A stretch of 64,000 nucleotides of DNA from Candidatus Lustribacter sp. (GTDB taxonomy: Bacteria > Vulcanimicrobiota > Vulcanimicrobiia > Vulcanimicrobiales > Vulcanimicrobiaceae). The first letter of the stretch is position 1. The number at the start of each line of letters is the position of its first letter. Shown piece after piece: positions 44,498-57,606 of this stretch. The position numbers were made by a program, and so were the translations under genes. The DNA lies in assembly GCA_965277805.1 (NCBI GenBank), contig OZ255842.1:3360001-3424000 (forward strand), given 5' to 3'. The notes under the pieces are model-generated. The model was not told the origin of the DNA. It was given only the letters and a program-made list of their open reading frames with translations, and searched no databases.

Positions 44498-46243
44498 ATG
44501 CTTCGTGTGAGAGCGACCTTCCGTTCGCTGCAAGGCTTCAATTACCGGGTGTGGGCGAGCGGTACGATCGTTTCCAACGTCGGCACTTGGATGCAGCGCA
44601 TCGCGCAGGACTGGCTCGTCCTCACGCAGCTCTCGCACAATAACGCCACCGCTCTCGGCGTCGTGATCGCGCTGCAGTTCGCGCCGCAAGTGCTGCTGCT
44701 GCCGGTAACGGGCTTCGCCGCCGATCATTTCGACCGTCGCAAACTCTTGATCGCTACGCAAACCGCGATGGGGCTCCTCGCGCTCGGTCTCGGCGTTCTC
44801 ACGATCGCCGGACACGTTGCGTTGTGGCACGTGTTGATTTTCGCGTTTCTGCTCGGCTGCGTCACCGCGTTCGATGCGCCGGCACGGCAAACGTTCGTGG
44901 CCGAACTCGTGGGCGAGGCGGATCTACCCAACGCGGTCGGGCTGAATTCCGCCTCGTTCAATTTGGCGCGCATGATCGGACCGGCGGTGGCCGGGCTGCT
45001 CATCGGCGCCGTCGGATCGGGGATCGTCTTTCTCATCAACGCAGCGTCGTTTGCCGCGGTGATCTGCTCGCTGCTGTTCATCCGGGTCGAAGCGCTGACG
45101 CGCGGTGCGCGCGCGCCGCGCAAGCGCGGCAGCCTGGCCGAAGGCTTTCGCTACGTGTGGAAGCGGCCCGACCTCAAGGCCATCCTGTTGATGGCGTTTC
45201 TCATCGGCACGTTCGGATTGAACTTCTCGCTCTTCATCTCGACGATGTCGGTGAAAGTGTTCCACGTGGGAGCGAGTCAATACGGCATCCTGACCTCGCT
45301 AATGTCGCTGGGATCGATCGCCGGGGCGCTCCTCGCGGCCGGACGTGCGAAGTCACACGCCGGATTGCTGTTCGGTGCTGCCGCGGTGCTGGGCGGCGGT
45401 TTTGCTCTCGCCGCGGTCATGCCGAGCTACTGGCTCTTCGGCGCCGCACTCGTCATCGTCGGCCTCGCCGCGCAAACCGTCAGCACCACGACGCTCAGCA
45501 CGGTGCAGCTCGGGACGGAGCCGGCGATGCGCGGACGCGTGATGGCGATTCTGCTCGCGATCTTCATGGGCGGAACGCCGGTCGGCGCGCCGATCCTCGG
45601 CTGGGTGGCCGATACGTTCGGCGTGCGCTGGTCGCTCGGCGTGGCCGCCGCCACGGCGCTGGCTGCCTCGGCAGTCGGCCTCTATTATATCGCGAAGAGA
45701 GGGCCCATGAGCACGTACGACCTGACCGAATTCGCCGCCGACATCCACACCATCGTGAAAGAACAGGGACAGGCCGGTTTACCGCAGGTGGCCGAAAAAC
45801 TGCAACTGCTATTAGCAAATCCGGCGTTCGTGCGCGAGACGTTCGATGACGCGATGCCGCCCGGCAAGCGCGTGCTGCACCACGATGCGCAAACCGACGT
45901 CTACGTGCTGGCCCACGTCCACCATCCGTCGCTGAAGCCCGGCCTGCCGCACAGCCACGGTACCTCGTGGGCGGTCTACGGCAACGCCAAGGGCGCGACG
46001 GAAATGACGATCTGGCAGCGCGTCAATCCGGAAAACGACGATCACGCCGAATTGACCGTCGCCGACACCTACGTTCTCGGCGAGGGCCAAGCGCGCTGCT
46101 ACCCATCCGGTGCGATTCATTCGACGAATCAGCCCGGCAAGGCGTGGGTCGTCCGCGTGACCGGGACCGATCTGGACGTGCTGCCGCGCTACCGCTTCAA
46201 CCGGGCGAGCGATAAGATGCTGGTGACGGGGGTCACTGCCTAG
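44498..46243 (+). CDS. MFS transporter (MFS_3/EntS-like) in frame with a cysteine-dioxygenase-like cupin domain starting at 45707
   Basis: SNVGTWMQRIAQDWLV, ADHFDRRKLL, FDAPARQTF and MRGRVMA; then, with no stop, MSTYDLTEF...PHSHGTSWAVYG...GAIHS. Confidence 0.85.
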   Translation: MLRVRATFRSLQGFNYRVWASGTIVSNVGTWMQRIAQDWLVLTQLSHNNATALGVVIALQFAPQVLLLPVTGFAADHFDRRKLLIATQTAMGLLALGLGVLTIAGHVALWHVLIFAFLLGCVTAFDAPARQTFVAELVGEADLPNAVGLNSASFNLARMIGPAVAGLLIGAVGSGIVFLINAASFAAVICSLLFIRVEALTRGARAPRKRGSLAEGFRYVWKRPDLKAILLMAFLIGTFGLNFSLFISTMSVKVFHVGASQYGILTSLMSLGSIAGALLAAGRAKSHAGLLFGAAAVLGGGFALAAVMPSYWLFGAALVIVGLAAQTVSTTTLSTVQLGTEPAMRGRVMAILLAIFMGGTPVGAPILGWVADTFGVRWSLGVAAATALAASAVGLYYIAKRGPMSTYDLTEFAADIHTIVKEQGQAGLPQVAEKLQLLLANPAFVRETFDDAMPPGKRVLHHDAQTDVYVLAHVHHPSLKPGLPHSHGTSWAVYGNAKGATEMTIWQRVNPENDDHAELTVADTYVLGEGQARCYPSGAIHSTNQPGKAWVVRVTGTDLDVLPRYRFNRASDKMLVTGVTA

Positions 46244-46333
46244 TTGTCTTAGATGAGAACTTGATTGGGCTGGGCACGTCTGCATTTGTCGAGCGCGTTT
46301 CTCGTACACGCTCTGCGAAAGGCGGGGCCAATT

Positions 46334-47236
46334 ATGACGAAATCAGCAAAATCAACCTTCAGCAAGCGGCTCCTCGGTGCCGCGATTCTCTCGGCAGCAC
46401 TCATCACGCCGGCCATCGCCTCAGCGCAAGACTATGCGTCCGCCGGCCAAGATACGCAAATTCAAGGAACGGTCGCTGCCATCAACGGGACGTGGAACAT
46501 CACCGTCGCCGACGCCAACGGATATGCCGATAGCGTGGCCCTGCACCAAGGCACGATTATCAATCCGACCGGGCTCACCCTCGAGCCGGGCATGAGCGTG
46601 ACGATCGACGGATACGCCGACGGACCGAACTTCGACGCGATGGAAATCGACACGCCGTATCAATATAGCGGACCCGCTCCGGTTGCCGTGTACTACGGTC
46701 CCGGCTCGTGGTATCCGGGCTACGCCGCGGGCTGGGGCCCGTCGTTCAGCCTCGTCTTCAACGTCGGATCGCGCAGCTGGCAGCAACGCCCGTTCGCCTA
46801 CGGCGGAGAAGTTCGCCGGCCGGTAACGCCGCCCGAGGGCTGGCAGAACCGCCCGCACGGCTACGTCGGCAACAATGCCGGATCCTCACACCGTGTTTCC
46901 TACGCGCCGCAGCAACGTCAGTTCGCCGCACCGCAGGCTCAGCAGCAACGCACGTTCGCGGCACCGCCGGCTCAGCAGCAACGCCAGTTCGCCGCACCGC
47001 CGGCTCAGCAACAGCGCACGTTCGCCGCTCCGCCGGTTCAGCAGCAACGCCAGTTCGCCGCACCGCCGGCTCAGCAACAGCGCACGTTCGCACCGCCGGC
47101 ACAGCAACAGCGTTCGTTCGCCGCACCGGCACAGCAACAGCGTTCGTTCGCAGCACCGCAACGTCAGGCCGCGGCACCGCCACAACGCCCGGCCGCTCCG
47201 GCCGGACGCGCTCCCCAAGAGCAACGTCACCGCTAA
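46334..47236 (+). CDS. Secreted protein with small beta domain and Gln/Pro/Ala-rich tandem repeats
   Basis: Signal peptide; IQGTVAAING...VALHQGTIINPTGLTLEPGMSVTI.G; repeat tail. Confidence 0.8.
   Translation: MTKSAKSTFSKRLLGAAILSAALITPAIASAQDYASAGQDTQIQGTVAAINGTWNITVADANGYADSVALHQGTIINPTGLTLEPGMSVTIDGYADGPNFDAMEIDTPYQYSGPAPVAVYYGPGSWYPGYAAGWGPSFSLVFNVGSRSWQQRPFAYGGEVRRPVTPPEGWQNRPHGYVGNNAGSSHRVSYAPQQRQFAAPQAQQQRTFAAPPAQQQRQFAAPPAQQQRTFAAPPVQQQRQFAAPPAQQQRTFAPPAQQQRSFAAPAQQQRSFAAPQRQAAAPPQRPAAPAGRAPQEQRHR
46910..47165 (+). repeat. Coding tandem repeat, about 8 units of 30-33 bp (QQQR[T/Q/S]FAAPPA)
   Basis: Repeated CAGCAACxxCxxxxGTTCGCCGCACCG units are visible in the DNA and the translation. 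Confidence 0.92.
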
Positions 47237-47261
47237 CCACGAACCCTAACGCGACAAACGC

Positions 47262-47292
47262 AACACGCCCGCCCTCCTCCGGCGGGCGTGTT
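47262..47292. terminator. Hairpin between convergent genes (probable terminator)
   Basis: AACACGCCCGCC-ctcctcc-GGCGGGCGTGTT, a perfect 12-bp stem; U-tracts are weak. Confidence 0.75.
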
Positions 47293-47297
47293 CGCGT

Positions 47298-47780
47298 TTA
47301 ACGCTGCTTGAGTGCCTTGAGCGTCGCGTTGACGACGGCAACGAGATCGGTGCTCTTTGCGGGAGCCGGCGCGCCGCTCAGGCGCAAGAACGTGCGGCAC
47401 GCCGCTTCGAGTTGCTCCTCGGCTGCGCGCACGTCACCTTTGGACTTTTCGTTTTTGACCGCACGGCGAAAGACGCCGTCCGCAAAAGCGAAGCCGTCGC
47501 TCTCTGCCGCCTTGATGAGGAAGTCTTGCTTCGACGTTGCGACCTCGTCGATCAGCGCGCCGAGCACGGCGCCGAGCCGCGCGAGCTCTTGCGGTTTGCG
47601 TTGATCGATGCTTGCAACGTAGCGGCGGAACTGCACCCGGCGCGCGCCTTCCGGTCCGCCGGGATCCGCGCCGAGCCGAATGCCCGAGCCTTCAAATGCC
47701 CGCACCAGCTGACGCAACGGAATCGACGCCGACGCGTCCTCGAACTTTTCGAGCGTCGTCCGGCTAAAGACGTTCGTCAT
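47298..47780 (-). CDS. Hypothetical protein resembling a truncated abortive-infection (Abi_C-containing) family protein
   Basis: ATGA overlap with the oxyR stop; N-terminal SRTTLEKF...LRQL...F...GARR...Y..SID and DGF; C-terminal AAEEQLEAACRTFL...DL..VV..TLKAL recalls the region preceding Abi_C. Confidence 0.45.
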   Translation of the reverse strand: MTNVFSRTTLEKFEDASASIPLRQLVRAFEGSGIRLGADPGGPEGARRVQFRRYVASIDQRKPQELARLGAVLGALIDEVATSKQDFLIKAAESDGFAFADGVFRRAVKNEKSKGDVRAAEEQLEAACRTFLRLSGAPAPAKSTDLVAVVNATLKALKQR

Positions 47781-48712
47781 GGGTCGCGCACAGCGGCGGG
47801 CAACGTGCCGCGCAAGGCCGCCGCGATCTCGCGCAGATCGGCCGCGCGCGTTTCCGTCGCGCGCCAAACGAGCGCGATCGTCCGTCCGGCGCGCACGCCG
47901 TCGAGTTCCCGGTACGCGATCATACCGCCCATCGTCGTGTGCTCGCCCGCCGCCAGCGACGGGATGACGGAGATGCCTTCACCGGCCGCGATCATGTGGC
48001 GCAGCATCTCGAGCGAGCTCGCATAGCGGCTCTGGTGCTGCAACCGGCTCGGATCGCAGAGCGACAGCGCCTGATCGCGCAAACAGTGACCTTCCTCCAT
48101 CAACAGCAGCGGACCGCGTTGTAGATCGCGTACGGTGAGTTTGCGGCGCTGCGCGAGTTCGTGACCGGGCCAACACGCGAGGCGAAACGGCTCGAAGAAC
48201 AGCGGCTCGGCGACCAGATCGTCCTTCGGAACCGGCAGCGCAACCAGCACCGCATCGAGGTTGCCGTGACGCAGTGACGCCAGCAATTGGTCGGTGGTCG
48301 ACTCACGCAGCCGTAACGCCAAGCGCGGAAAGCGTTCGCGGCAGAGCGCGATGACCGACGGCATGTAGTACGGTCCGAGCGTCGCGATCACGCCGAGGCG
48401 CAACTCGCCGGAGAACGGCTCCGCACTGCGGCGCGCATCGTCGAGCAGACGGCGGGCATCGCCGAGCAGCGCCTCCGCTTGTTGCAAGATCTCGCGCCCG
48501 CGCACCGTCGGCTCGACTTTGCGCGTCGTTCGCTCGAAAAGCTGCACGCCCAACACGGATTCGAGCTTGCGCACTTGTTCGCTCAACGCCGCCTGAGATA
48601 CGGCGCACGACTCGGCCGCGCGGCCGAAATTGCGTTCCCGCGCAACGGCCACGGCGTATTCGAGATCGCGCAGCGAGAGGGATGAAAGCGGCGCCGGCAG
48701 CATCCCGCTCAT
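47777..48712 (-). CDS. oxyR: Hydrogen-peroxide-responsive LysR regulator
   Basis: LRDLEYAVAVARERNFGRAAESCAVSQAALS, LGVIATLGPY and EEGHCLRDQALSLC (both redox Cys); divergent from katG. Confidence 0.93.
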   Translation of the reverse strand: MSGMLPAPLSSLSLRDLEYAVAVARERNFGRAAESCAVSQAALSEQVRKLESVLGVQLFERTTRKVEPTVRGREILQQAEALLGDARRLLDDARRSAEPFSGELRLGVIATLGPYYMPSVIALCRERFPRLALRLRESTTDQLLASLRHGNLDAVLVALPVPKDDLVAEPLFFEPFRLACWPGHELAQRRKLTVRDLQRGPLLLMEEGHCLRDQALSLCDPSRLQHQSRYASSLEMLRHMIAAGEGISVIPSLAAGEHTTMGGMIAYRELDGVRAGRTIALVWRATETRAADLREIAAALRGTLPAAVRDP

Positions 48713-48714
48713 TA

Positions 48715-51932
<3,218 letters not shown>

Positions 51933-51936
<4 letters not shown>

Positions 51937-53093
51937 AGTGGTTTCCCTCCGGTGCCGCTGGCAGCGGTGACGGCGCCCGCGGACGGCGACCACTTCACGA
52001 CGACGACCGAGTCGGGCCCTAGCCCATGCTGGTCGCCGGTTCGAAAGTCGTAGGAGCCGTTCACTCCGCCGAAGCCGTGCAGGTTCGCGATGTAGTCGCG
52101 AATTTGCGCCGACGTCGCATCCGGTCCGATCTGTTTGAGCGCCGACATCACGATGCTGGTCGGATCCCAGGCATAAGCGCTCGTGGTCGTCGGGACGATT
52201 CCGGCGCCTTTGAAGGCCTCGTTGAACGCCGCGTACGCGTTGCGCTGACCCGCCGAGCCCATCGGCACGCCGACTTGAAACGGGAAGCCGTCGAAGTACA
52301 AATCCTTGGGCAAGAACGCCGCATATTGCGTGAGCTGGTCTTTGTTCAAATTGGCCGACGACGTGAAGACCGGCAGATCGACGCCGGCATCCCGCAATCC
52401 GCGCAGCGCCGTCGCGAACGCCGGCCCCGTTGCAAAGATCCAAATGCATTGCGGCTTCAATTGCATGATCTTGGAGATCTCCGCATTGAGCGCAATCGCC
52501 GTCGGTTGATACTTTTCTTCATCGACGATCTGCAGCGCATGATAGCTCGGCAGCGCGTCATAGAGCGCGTGCGATCCGGCCTGACCGGACGCATCGGTCG
52601 CCGTCAGCACGCCCAAACGGTTGTATCCCTTGTCGCTCATGAACCGTGCTTCGGCCAGGAGTGTCGCGTCGAGCGATCGCGAGCTGGAGAAAGCGAACGT
52701 GCCCTTCTGCGGCTGCAGCCCGGGCGAAAGACAGTATTCAACCGGTCCGCTGTTGCGCACCGCCGGTTCGATTGCGGCGCACGTCCCGGTGACCGCCGGG
52801 CCGAGGATGACCTGCGCGTGTTTGTCGATGATGCTGTTCGCGAGCTGCAAAGCGACTTGCGGCGAGCTTTGGTCGTCCCAAACCTGAAAGTGCACCTGGC
52901 GACCGCGGATGCCGCCTGATTTATTGAGCAGGCCCTCATAGACCCCGATGGACTCTTTGTCCGAAGCTCCGGAAAATGCGGCGGGTCCCGTAAGCGATAC
53001 GATCACGTTGATCGTGAGCGGTTCGTCGGCGGCCGCGGCCGGAATGACGCCCGCCAACAGCACGAACGCAAGACAAATGCAAAGACGTTTCAT
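51933..53093 (-). CDS. ABC substrate-binding protein, branched-chain amino acid (LivJ-like) family
   Basis: IVSLTGPAAF.G, GGIRGR, DDQSSPQVA and YDFRTGDQHGL. Confidence 0.88.
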
Positions 53094-53100
53094 ACGAACC

Positions 53101-54267
53101 TCACACCGCCGCGACGGGCGATAGATCTTCCGGATACGTCCAGCGCTTCACGGGCTTTCCTTGCGCGTGCGCCTCGATCTCGCGCGCGTAGATCCGGCGC
53201 AGCAAGATCGCCGCGCGATCGGAACGCCCGAGCTGATCCGGCTCGCGCTCGGTCACTCCCGCTTGCGTCTCCATGACGACGCTATCCTGAATCCCGACGA
53301 GATCCGGCCGGTCAGGAACCTCGTCGATGTGCATGTCGCCGCGAATGACGGCTTGAACGATCTCGTCGCGCGGCGGAAGACTCGCCATCGCCGCGCGTTG
53401 TTGCATGCGCCGTTCTAGAAAGCGGTCGCGCTCTTCGCCGAAGACCTCGAACAGGTTGACGATGAACGAGCGATGCGATTGGTCGTCGACCGGAACGCGA
53501 AACGCGAGATGATCGATCAGTTGATCGAAACCCGCTTCGGCGATCATGATGAACGCGGCGATCGGCATTACGACGTAGTGCCGGCCGTTCTTTCCATCTT
53601 TGTACTTCGTGTTGAACGCGATGCCGAAGTCCGTCTCCCACGGTTCGATTTCGGGAATCTCCCGGTTGACGCCGACTGTTGAGAAGGCGGAACGCTCGTG
53701 CACGAAGTTCGCATGAACGTGATCGGCGCCGTTCTCCATCGTATTGAAGTAATTCGTGCGCCGTACGTAGTTGGAGTTGATCAGTTCGCCCGGACGCTCG
53801 AGCCGTTTGAACCGCGGAAACGGCGGCGGCTCGCCCGTTCCGAGAAACGCGAACACGAGGCCGAGATACTCGCGCGTCGGGAATGCCGGGGCGCGCACTT
53901 TGTCCTTAAACGATTCGTCTTCCGCGGGCTGATCGACGCATGCGCCGTCTTGGTCGAATTTCCACCCGTGATAAAAGCACCGGAGACATTCACCTTCGAC
54001 GCGACCGACGGCCAAGGCAACGTGGCGATGCGGGCAGAGGTGTCCGATGAGATGCGCGGCCCCCGATTCACCGCGGTAGAGGGTGAACTGCTCGCTCATG
54101 ATCGTGATCGTCTTCGCCCGCGCGGGTTTGACGTCGGCGATCTCGGCGACGGGGATCCAGAATTGGCGCAGGTAGCGCCCCGCCGGCGTGTTCGGACCGG
54201 TCTTATCGTATGCGAGTTCCAGCGGTACGTCGACCGCGGCGAAGGCTCGCTCACTCTCTAATTGCAT
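53101..54267 (-). CDS. Rieske non-heme iron oxygenase (phthalate dioxygenase/LigX-like)
   Basis: TGPNTPAGRYLRQFWIPV, CPHR...CFYHGWKFD, ENGADHVHANFVH and QD...ETQ. Confidence 0.92.
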   Translation of the reverse strand: MQLESERAFAAVDVPLELAYDKTGPNTPAGRYLRQFWIPVAEIADVKPARAKTITIMSEQFTLYRGESGAAHLIGHLCPHRHVALAVGRVEGECLRCFYHGWKFDQDGACVDQPAEDESFKDKVRAPAFPTREYLGLVFAFLGTGEPPPFPRFKRLERPGELINSNYVRRTNYFNTMENGADHVHANFVHERSAFSTVGVNREIPEIEPWETDFGIAFNTKYKDGKNGRHYVVMPIAAFIMIAEAGFDQLIDHLAFRVPVDDQSHRSFIVNLFEVFGEERDRFLERRMQQRAAMASLPPRDEIVQAVIRGDMHIDEVPDRPDLVGIQDSVVMETQAGVTEREPDQLGRSDRAAILLRRIYAREIEAHAQGKPVKRWTYPEDLSPVAAV

Positions 54268-54375
54268 CTCTTCCCGTTCCTCCAGAGCCCCAAGGCAGAA
54301 AGACCGTAGCAACGGAAGGGGGCTGGCGCAACGCTGCGCGTCCACTATGCGGAACGCAGCGCACGAGGTGCGTTC

Positions 54376-55145
54376 ATGTCCCCACGATCCGGCCGCGAAC
54401 AGATCGCCGGCTTGAGAGCCGACTGGCAGGCCGGGAAGGCCGCCTTCGGCGCGTGGTGTTCCATCCCGTCGGCGGCCGCGATCGAGGTCTTGTGCGTGCC
54501 CGGCCTTCATTATGCGTGTCTCGACCAGCAGCACGGCTTCTTCGACGACCCGTCCCTGTCGACGGCTTCCGCGCGATCGAACGCTGCGGCACGATGCCGC
54601 TCACCCGCGTCGCCGCGAACGTTTCCTGGATGATCGGCAAGGCGCTCGATGCCGGGGCGCTCGGCGTGATCGTGCCGCTGGTGGAAGACGGCATCGCTGC
54701 GGCTGCTGCGGTGGCAGCATGCCGCTTTGCACCACGCGGGACGCGCTCGTACGGTCCGACCCGCGCCCAGCTCTTCGATCGGCCGGAGACGCCGCGCGGC
54801 TTCGAGGACGTACTCTGCTTCGTGATGGTGGAGACGGAACTGGGTCTGCGCAACGTCGATGAGATCGCGCGAACGCCGGGCCTCGACGGCATCTACATCG
54901 GGCCGAGCGATCTCACGCTCGGCCTCGGACACGCGACCCTGGCCGGGCCGGAGTCGCCGCAGCTCAACGGGCCGCTCGAGCAGATTGCTGCCGCTTGCCG
55001 TCGTAACGGAATCATTGCCGGCATCCACTGCGTTGACGGAGCCTCGGCAGGCCGCCTCGCCAAACGCGGCTTTCAGCTCGTGACGTGTTTCAAAGATACG
55101 ACCCTGATCGCAAACGCTGCCCTGCGGGAGGTTGCGAGCATCTGA
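54376..55145 (+). pseudogene. HpcH/HpaI aldolase family gene with a single-base frameshift near 54558 (pseudogene or sequence error)
   Basis: First frame gives GAWCSIPS...LDQQHG; second frame gives KALDAGALGVIVP, RFAPRGTRSYG, MVET, IYIGPSDL and AGIH. Confidence 0.85.
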
Positions 55146-55891
55146 TGCCCTCCAAGCCGTTAGCCACCGTTCACAACGCGCTCGCGCTGCTCGATGCGTT
55201 TTCGATCGAACGGCCCGAGTGGGGCGTGCGCGAACTCGCGCGCGCGTACGCGCTGCCGCAAGCAACGGCGAGCCGGCTCGTGGGCGCGCTGTGCAACGAG
55301 GGCTTTTTGGCGCAAACGCCGTCCAAGCGCTACCGGCTCAATCTCATGCTGCGCGAGATCGGTTTCTCGGCCACGCGCGGCTCCGAGCTCTACGACGTCG
55401 CCTTGCCCGAAGCGGTGCGCGTGCGGCTGGAGTGCGGGCTCGCGACGACGGTTTCGGTACTCGACGGTGTCGATGTCGTTGTACTCGAGCGGCTGGGCGC
55501 ATTCGAGGGCGAGCAAGATCGTTCGCCGCGCCGGCGTTGGCCCGCCTACGCAACGAGCGGCGGTAAGGCGATATTGGCGTTTGCGGCGGACACCCTCGTC
55601 GACGAAGTCTTGCGCCGCGCCAAGGAAGCGTGCACGCCGCACACGCTCACGCAGCGCGCAGCGTTGACGAGCGCGCTCGACGATGTGCGGTGCGACGGCC
55701 ACGCAGTCGAAATCGAGGAGTCGCAGATCGGTTGGCGCGGACTCGGCGTGCCGATCTTCAACGCGGCGGGCGCGTGCGCGGGCGCGCTGAGCGTCGAGAT
55801 GCCGCTCTCGTCGTGGAATCCGGCGCTGGCCGGAAAGACGGTTGCGCTGCTGCGTGAAGCATCGCACGCGATCGGCGCCGAGCTGCCGTGA
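55145..55891 (+). CDS. IclR family transcriptional regulator
   Basis: TVHNALALLDAF...WGVRELAR, ATSGGKAILA and GVPIFN. Confidence 0.92.
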   Translation: MPSKPLATVHNALALLDAFSIERPEWGVRELARAYALPQATASRLVGALCNEGFLAQTPSKRYRLNLMLREIGFSATRGSELYDVALPEAVRVRLECGLATTVSVLDGVDVVVLERLGAFEGEQDRSPRRRWPAYATSGGKAILAFAADTLVDEVLRRAKEACTPHTLTQRAALTSALDDVRCDGHAVEIEESQIGWRGLGVPIFNAAGACAGALSVEMPLSSWNPALAGKTVALLREASHAIGAELP

Positions 55892-56670
55892 GTCACCAAG
55901 CCGGCGAGACATCGTTAACCGTGCAGAAAGCGCTGCGCGTCATTCGCGAATTTTCGGTCGACGGCCCGGTCCTCGGCGTGACCGACATCGCCCGCCGCCT
56001 GGATATTCCGCGCAGCACGGCGTCGCGGCTGATCGCCGCGCTGTGCAGCGACGGGCATTTGCGCAGGACGCCGGCCGGCACGTATAGGCTCGGACTGAGG
56101 TTCATCGATTACGCGAGCGTTGCCGCCGGCAGCAACGCCATTCGCGCGCTGGCGCGCGCCGAAATGTTCGACCTGCGCCAGACGGTCGGATGGAGCACGC
56201 ACCTGTCCGTCTTCGACCGCAGTCACGGATCGATCGTTCACATCGAACGGCTGCGCGCCGGCGAACTCGAACGCTTTCCGCTCAACCCGGGAGAGCGGGT
56301 TCCGCTGCACGCAACCAGCAGCGGGAAAGCGCACCTCGCGTTTTGCGATGACGACGCGATCGATCGCTTCACGGCGCAGATCCTCGAGCGCTTTACGGCC
56401 GCGACGTTCGTGAACCCGCGCCGGCTCAAGCACGAACTCGAGGCCGTGCGGCAAAACGGCTACGCGCTGGGCTGCGATGAGTTCATCACCGGCGTTTCTT
56501 CCGTTGCGGCGCCGATCTTCGACCCGGACGGAAAGGTGGTCGCAGGACTGTCGGTGACCGGCCTCTCGTATCAGCTGAACGAACGCTTCCGGCGGCGCGC
56601 GATCGAGCGCTTAGGCGAGACCGCGAACCGGATCGGGGCGCAGTTGCGAGCAGCCTCGTTCAAGCCTTGA
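55888..56670 (+). CDS. IclR family transcriptional regulator
   Basis: TVQKALRVI...LGVTDIARRL, HATSSGKAHLA and SVAAPIFD. Confidence 0.93.
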   Translation: MSHQAGETSLTVQKALRVIREFSVDGPVLGVTDIARRLDIPRSTASRLIAALCSDGHLRRTPAGTYRLGLRFIDYASVAAGSNAIRALARAEMFDLRQTVGWSTHLSVFDRSHGSIVHIERLRAGELERFPLNPGERVPLHATSSGKAHLAFCDDDAIDRFTAQILERFTAATFVNPRRLKHELEAVRQNGYALGCDEFITGVSSVAAPIFDPDGKVVAGLSVTGLSYQLNERFRRRAIERLGETANRIGAQLRAASFKP

Positions 56671-57091
56671 TTGCACCGACGCCGCCTTCGAAGATCGGCC
56701 GCAGTGTGCGCGAGCGCACGCTCCACGTCCCGCCGGCGCGCACGTACTCCGTCGTTACGTCGGCGATCATGACGGCGGGCTGCGAGTCGAGCACCGGCAC
56801 GCCGTCGCCGGCAAACAGCGACATGACGGTTTCAAAGCGCGCATGATCGTCGCTCACGACCGTCAGCCGCGGATTCGTGATGAGGTGGCGCGCCGTCCGA
56901 TCGCCGCGCTCTTCGCGCCGCCGGTAGAAGCCGGCAATCGCGTCGCGCCCACGCAGCACGGTATCGCCGATGATGAACGTTCCGTCGGGTTCGTAGAACG
57001 CCGGCGCGGAGCGGCCGTAGCTCTGGTCGACCTCGTACCAGTACTCCGCCTCGAGCGCGTGCAATTCGACCAGCAGCAACAAATCCGCCAT
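56660..57091 (-). CDS. NTF2/SnoaL-like domain protein
   Basis: EYWYEVD, FYEPDG, GRDAI..FY, RTARHLITN and W.VRSR. Confidence 0.85.
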   Translation of the reverse strand: MADLLLLVELHALEAEYWYEVDQSYGRSAPAFYEPDGTFIIGDTVLRGRDAIAGFYRRREERGDRTARHLITNPRLTVVSDDHARFETVMSLFAGDGVPVLDSQPAVMIADVTTEYVRAGGTWSVRSRTLRPIFEGGVGAIKA

Positions 57092-57139
57092 GTCCGCGAA
57101 TTATCGCATGCCACCACGACGCCCTGTTGGAGACTCTCC

Positions 57140-57541
57140 ATGAGCCGCAGCTTCTATACGCTCGATGATTACGTGCAAACCGAGATCCGGCCGGGCTTGT
57201 CCGGCGCGGTGATCGACGGCGAACGGTCGACGGCGGTGCGGTGGGAGTTTCCTCCGGATATGGAGCGTACCGGCATTCACCACCACGACGAGCACGAACA
57301 ATTCGGCATCGTCGTCAGCGGACGGATCGAACTCGAAATCGGCGGTGTGGTTTCGCAGCTTGGTCCGGGCGAGATGTACTACGCACCGAAGGGCATTCCG
57401 CACGGGCACACGATCGTGCTCGGCGATGAACCCGCCGTGGTGATCGACTTCTTCTCTCCGCCGCGCGAAGAGTACGTGCGCGCCGCGCGCGGCGGACCCG
57501 CATTCGATCCGGTCGCGCAGTCCTTTCGGCAATCGGATTGA
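57140..57541 (+). CDS. Cupin-domain protein
   Basis: GGAG then ATG at 57140; HHHDEHEQFGIVVSG, PKGIPHG and IDFFSPPREEY. Confidence 0.88.
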   Translation: MSRSFYTLDDYVQTEIRPGLSGAVIDGERSTAVRWEFPPDMERTGIHHHDEHEQFGIVVSGRIELEIGGVVSQLGPGEMYYAPKGIPHGHTIVLGDEPAVVIDFFSPPREEYVRAARGGPAFDPVAQSFRQSD

Positions 57542-57606
57542 AGTCGCCGGCCGAAGTTGTTATGAGCCCGAGAGGGTTGAGGACATCCGCGGGATAGGAG
57601 TCCCCC

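Noticed and set aside
46910-47165. 30-33 bp repeats as a possible CRISPR array
   Set aside because: Units are contiguous with no unique spacers, are multiples of three and encode a peptide repeat; no cas genes are present.
51937-52449. Apparent N-terminal extension on the intradiol dioxygenase
   Set aside because: Alternative frame within the SBP gene; an RBS and GTG lie at 51936.
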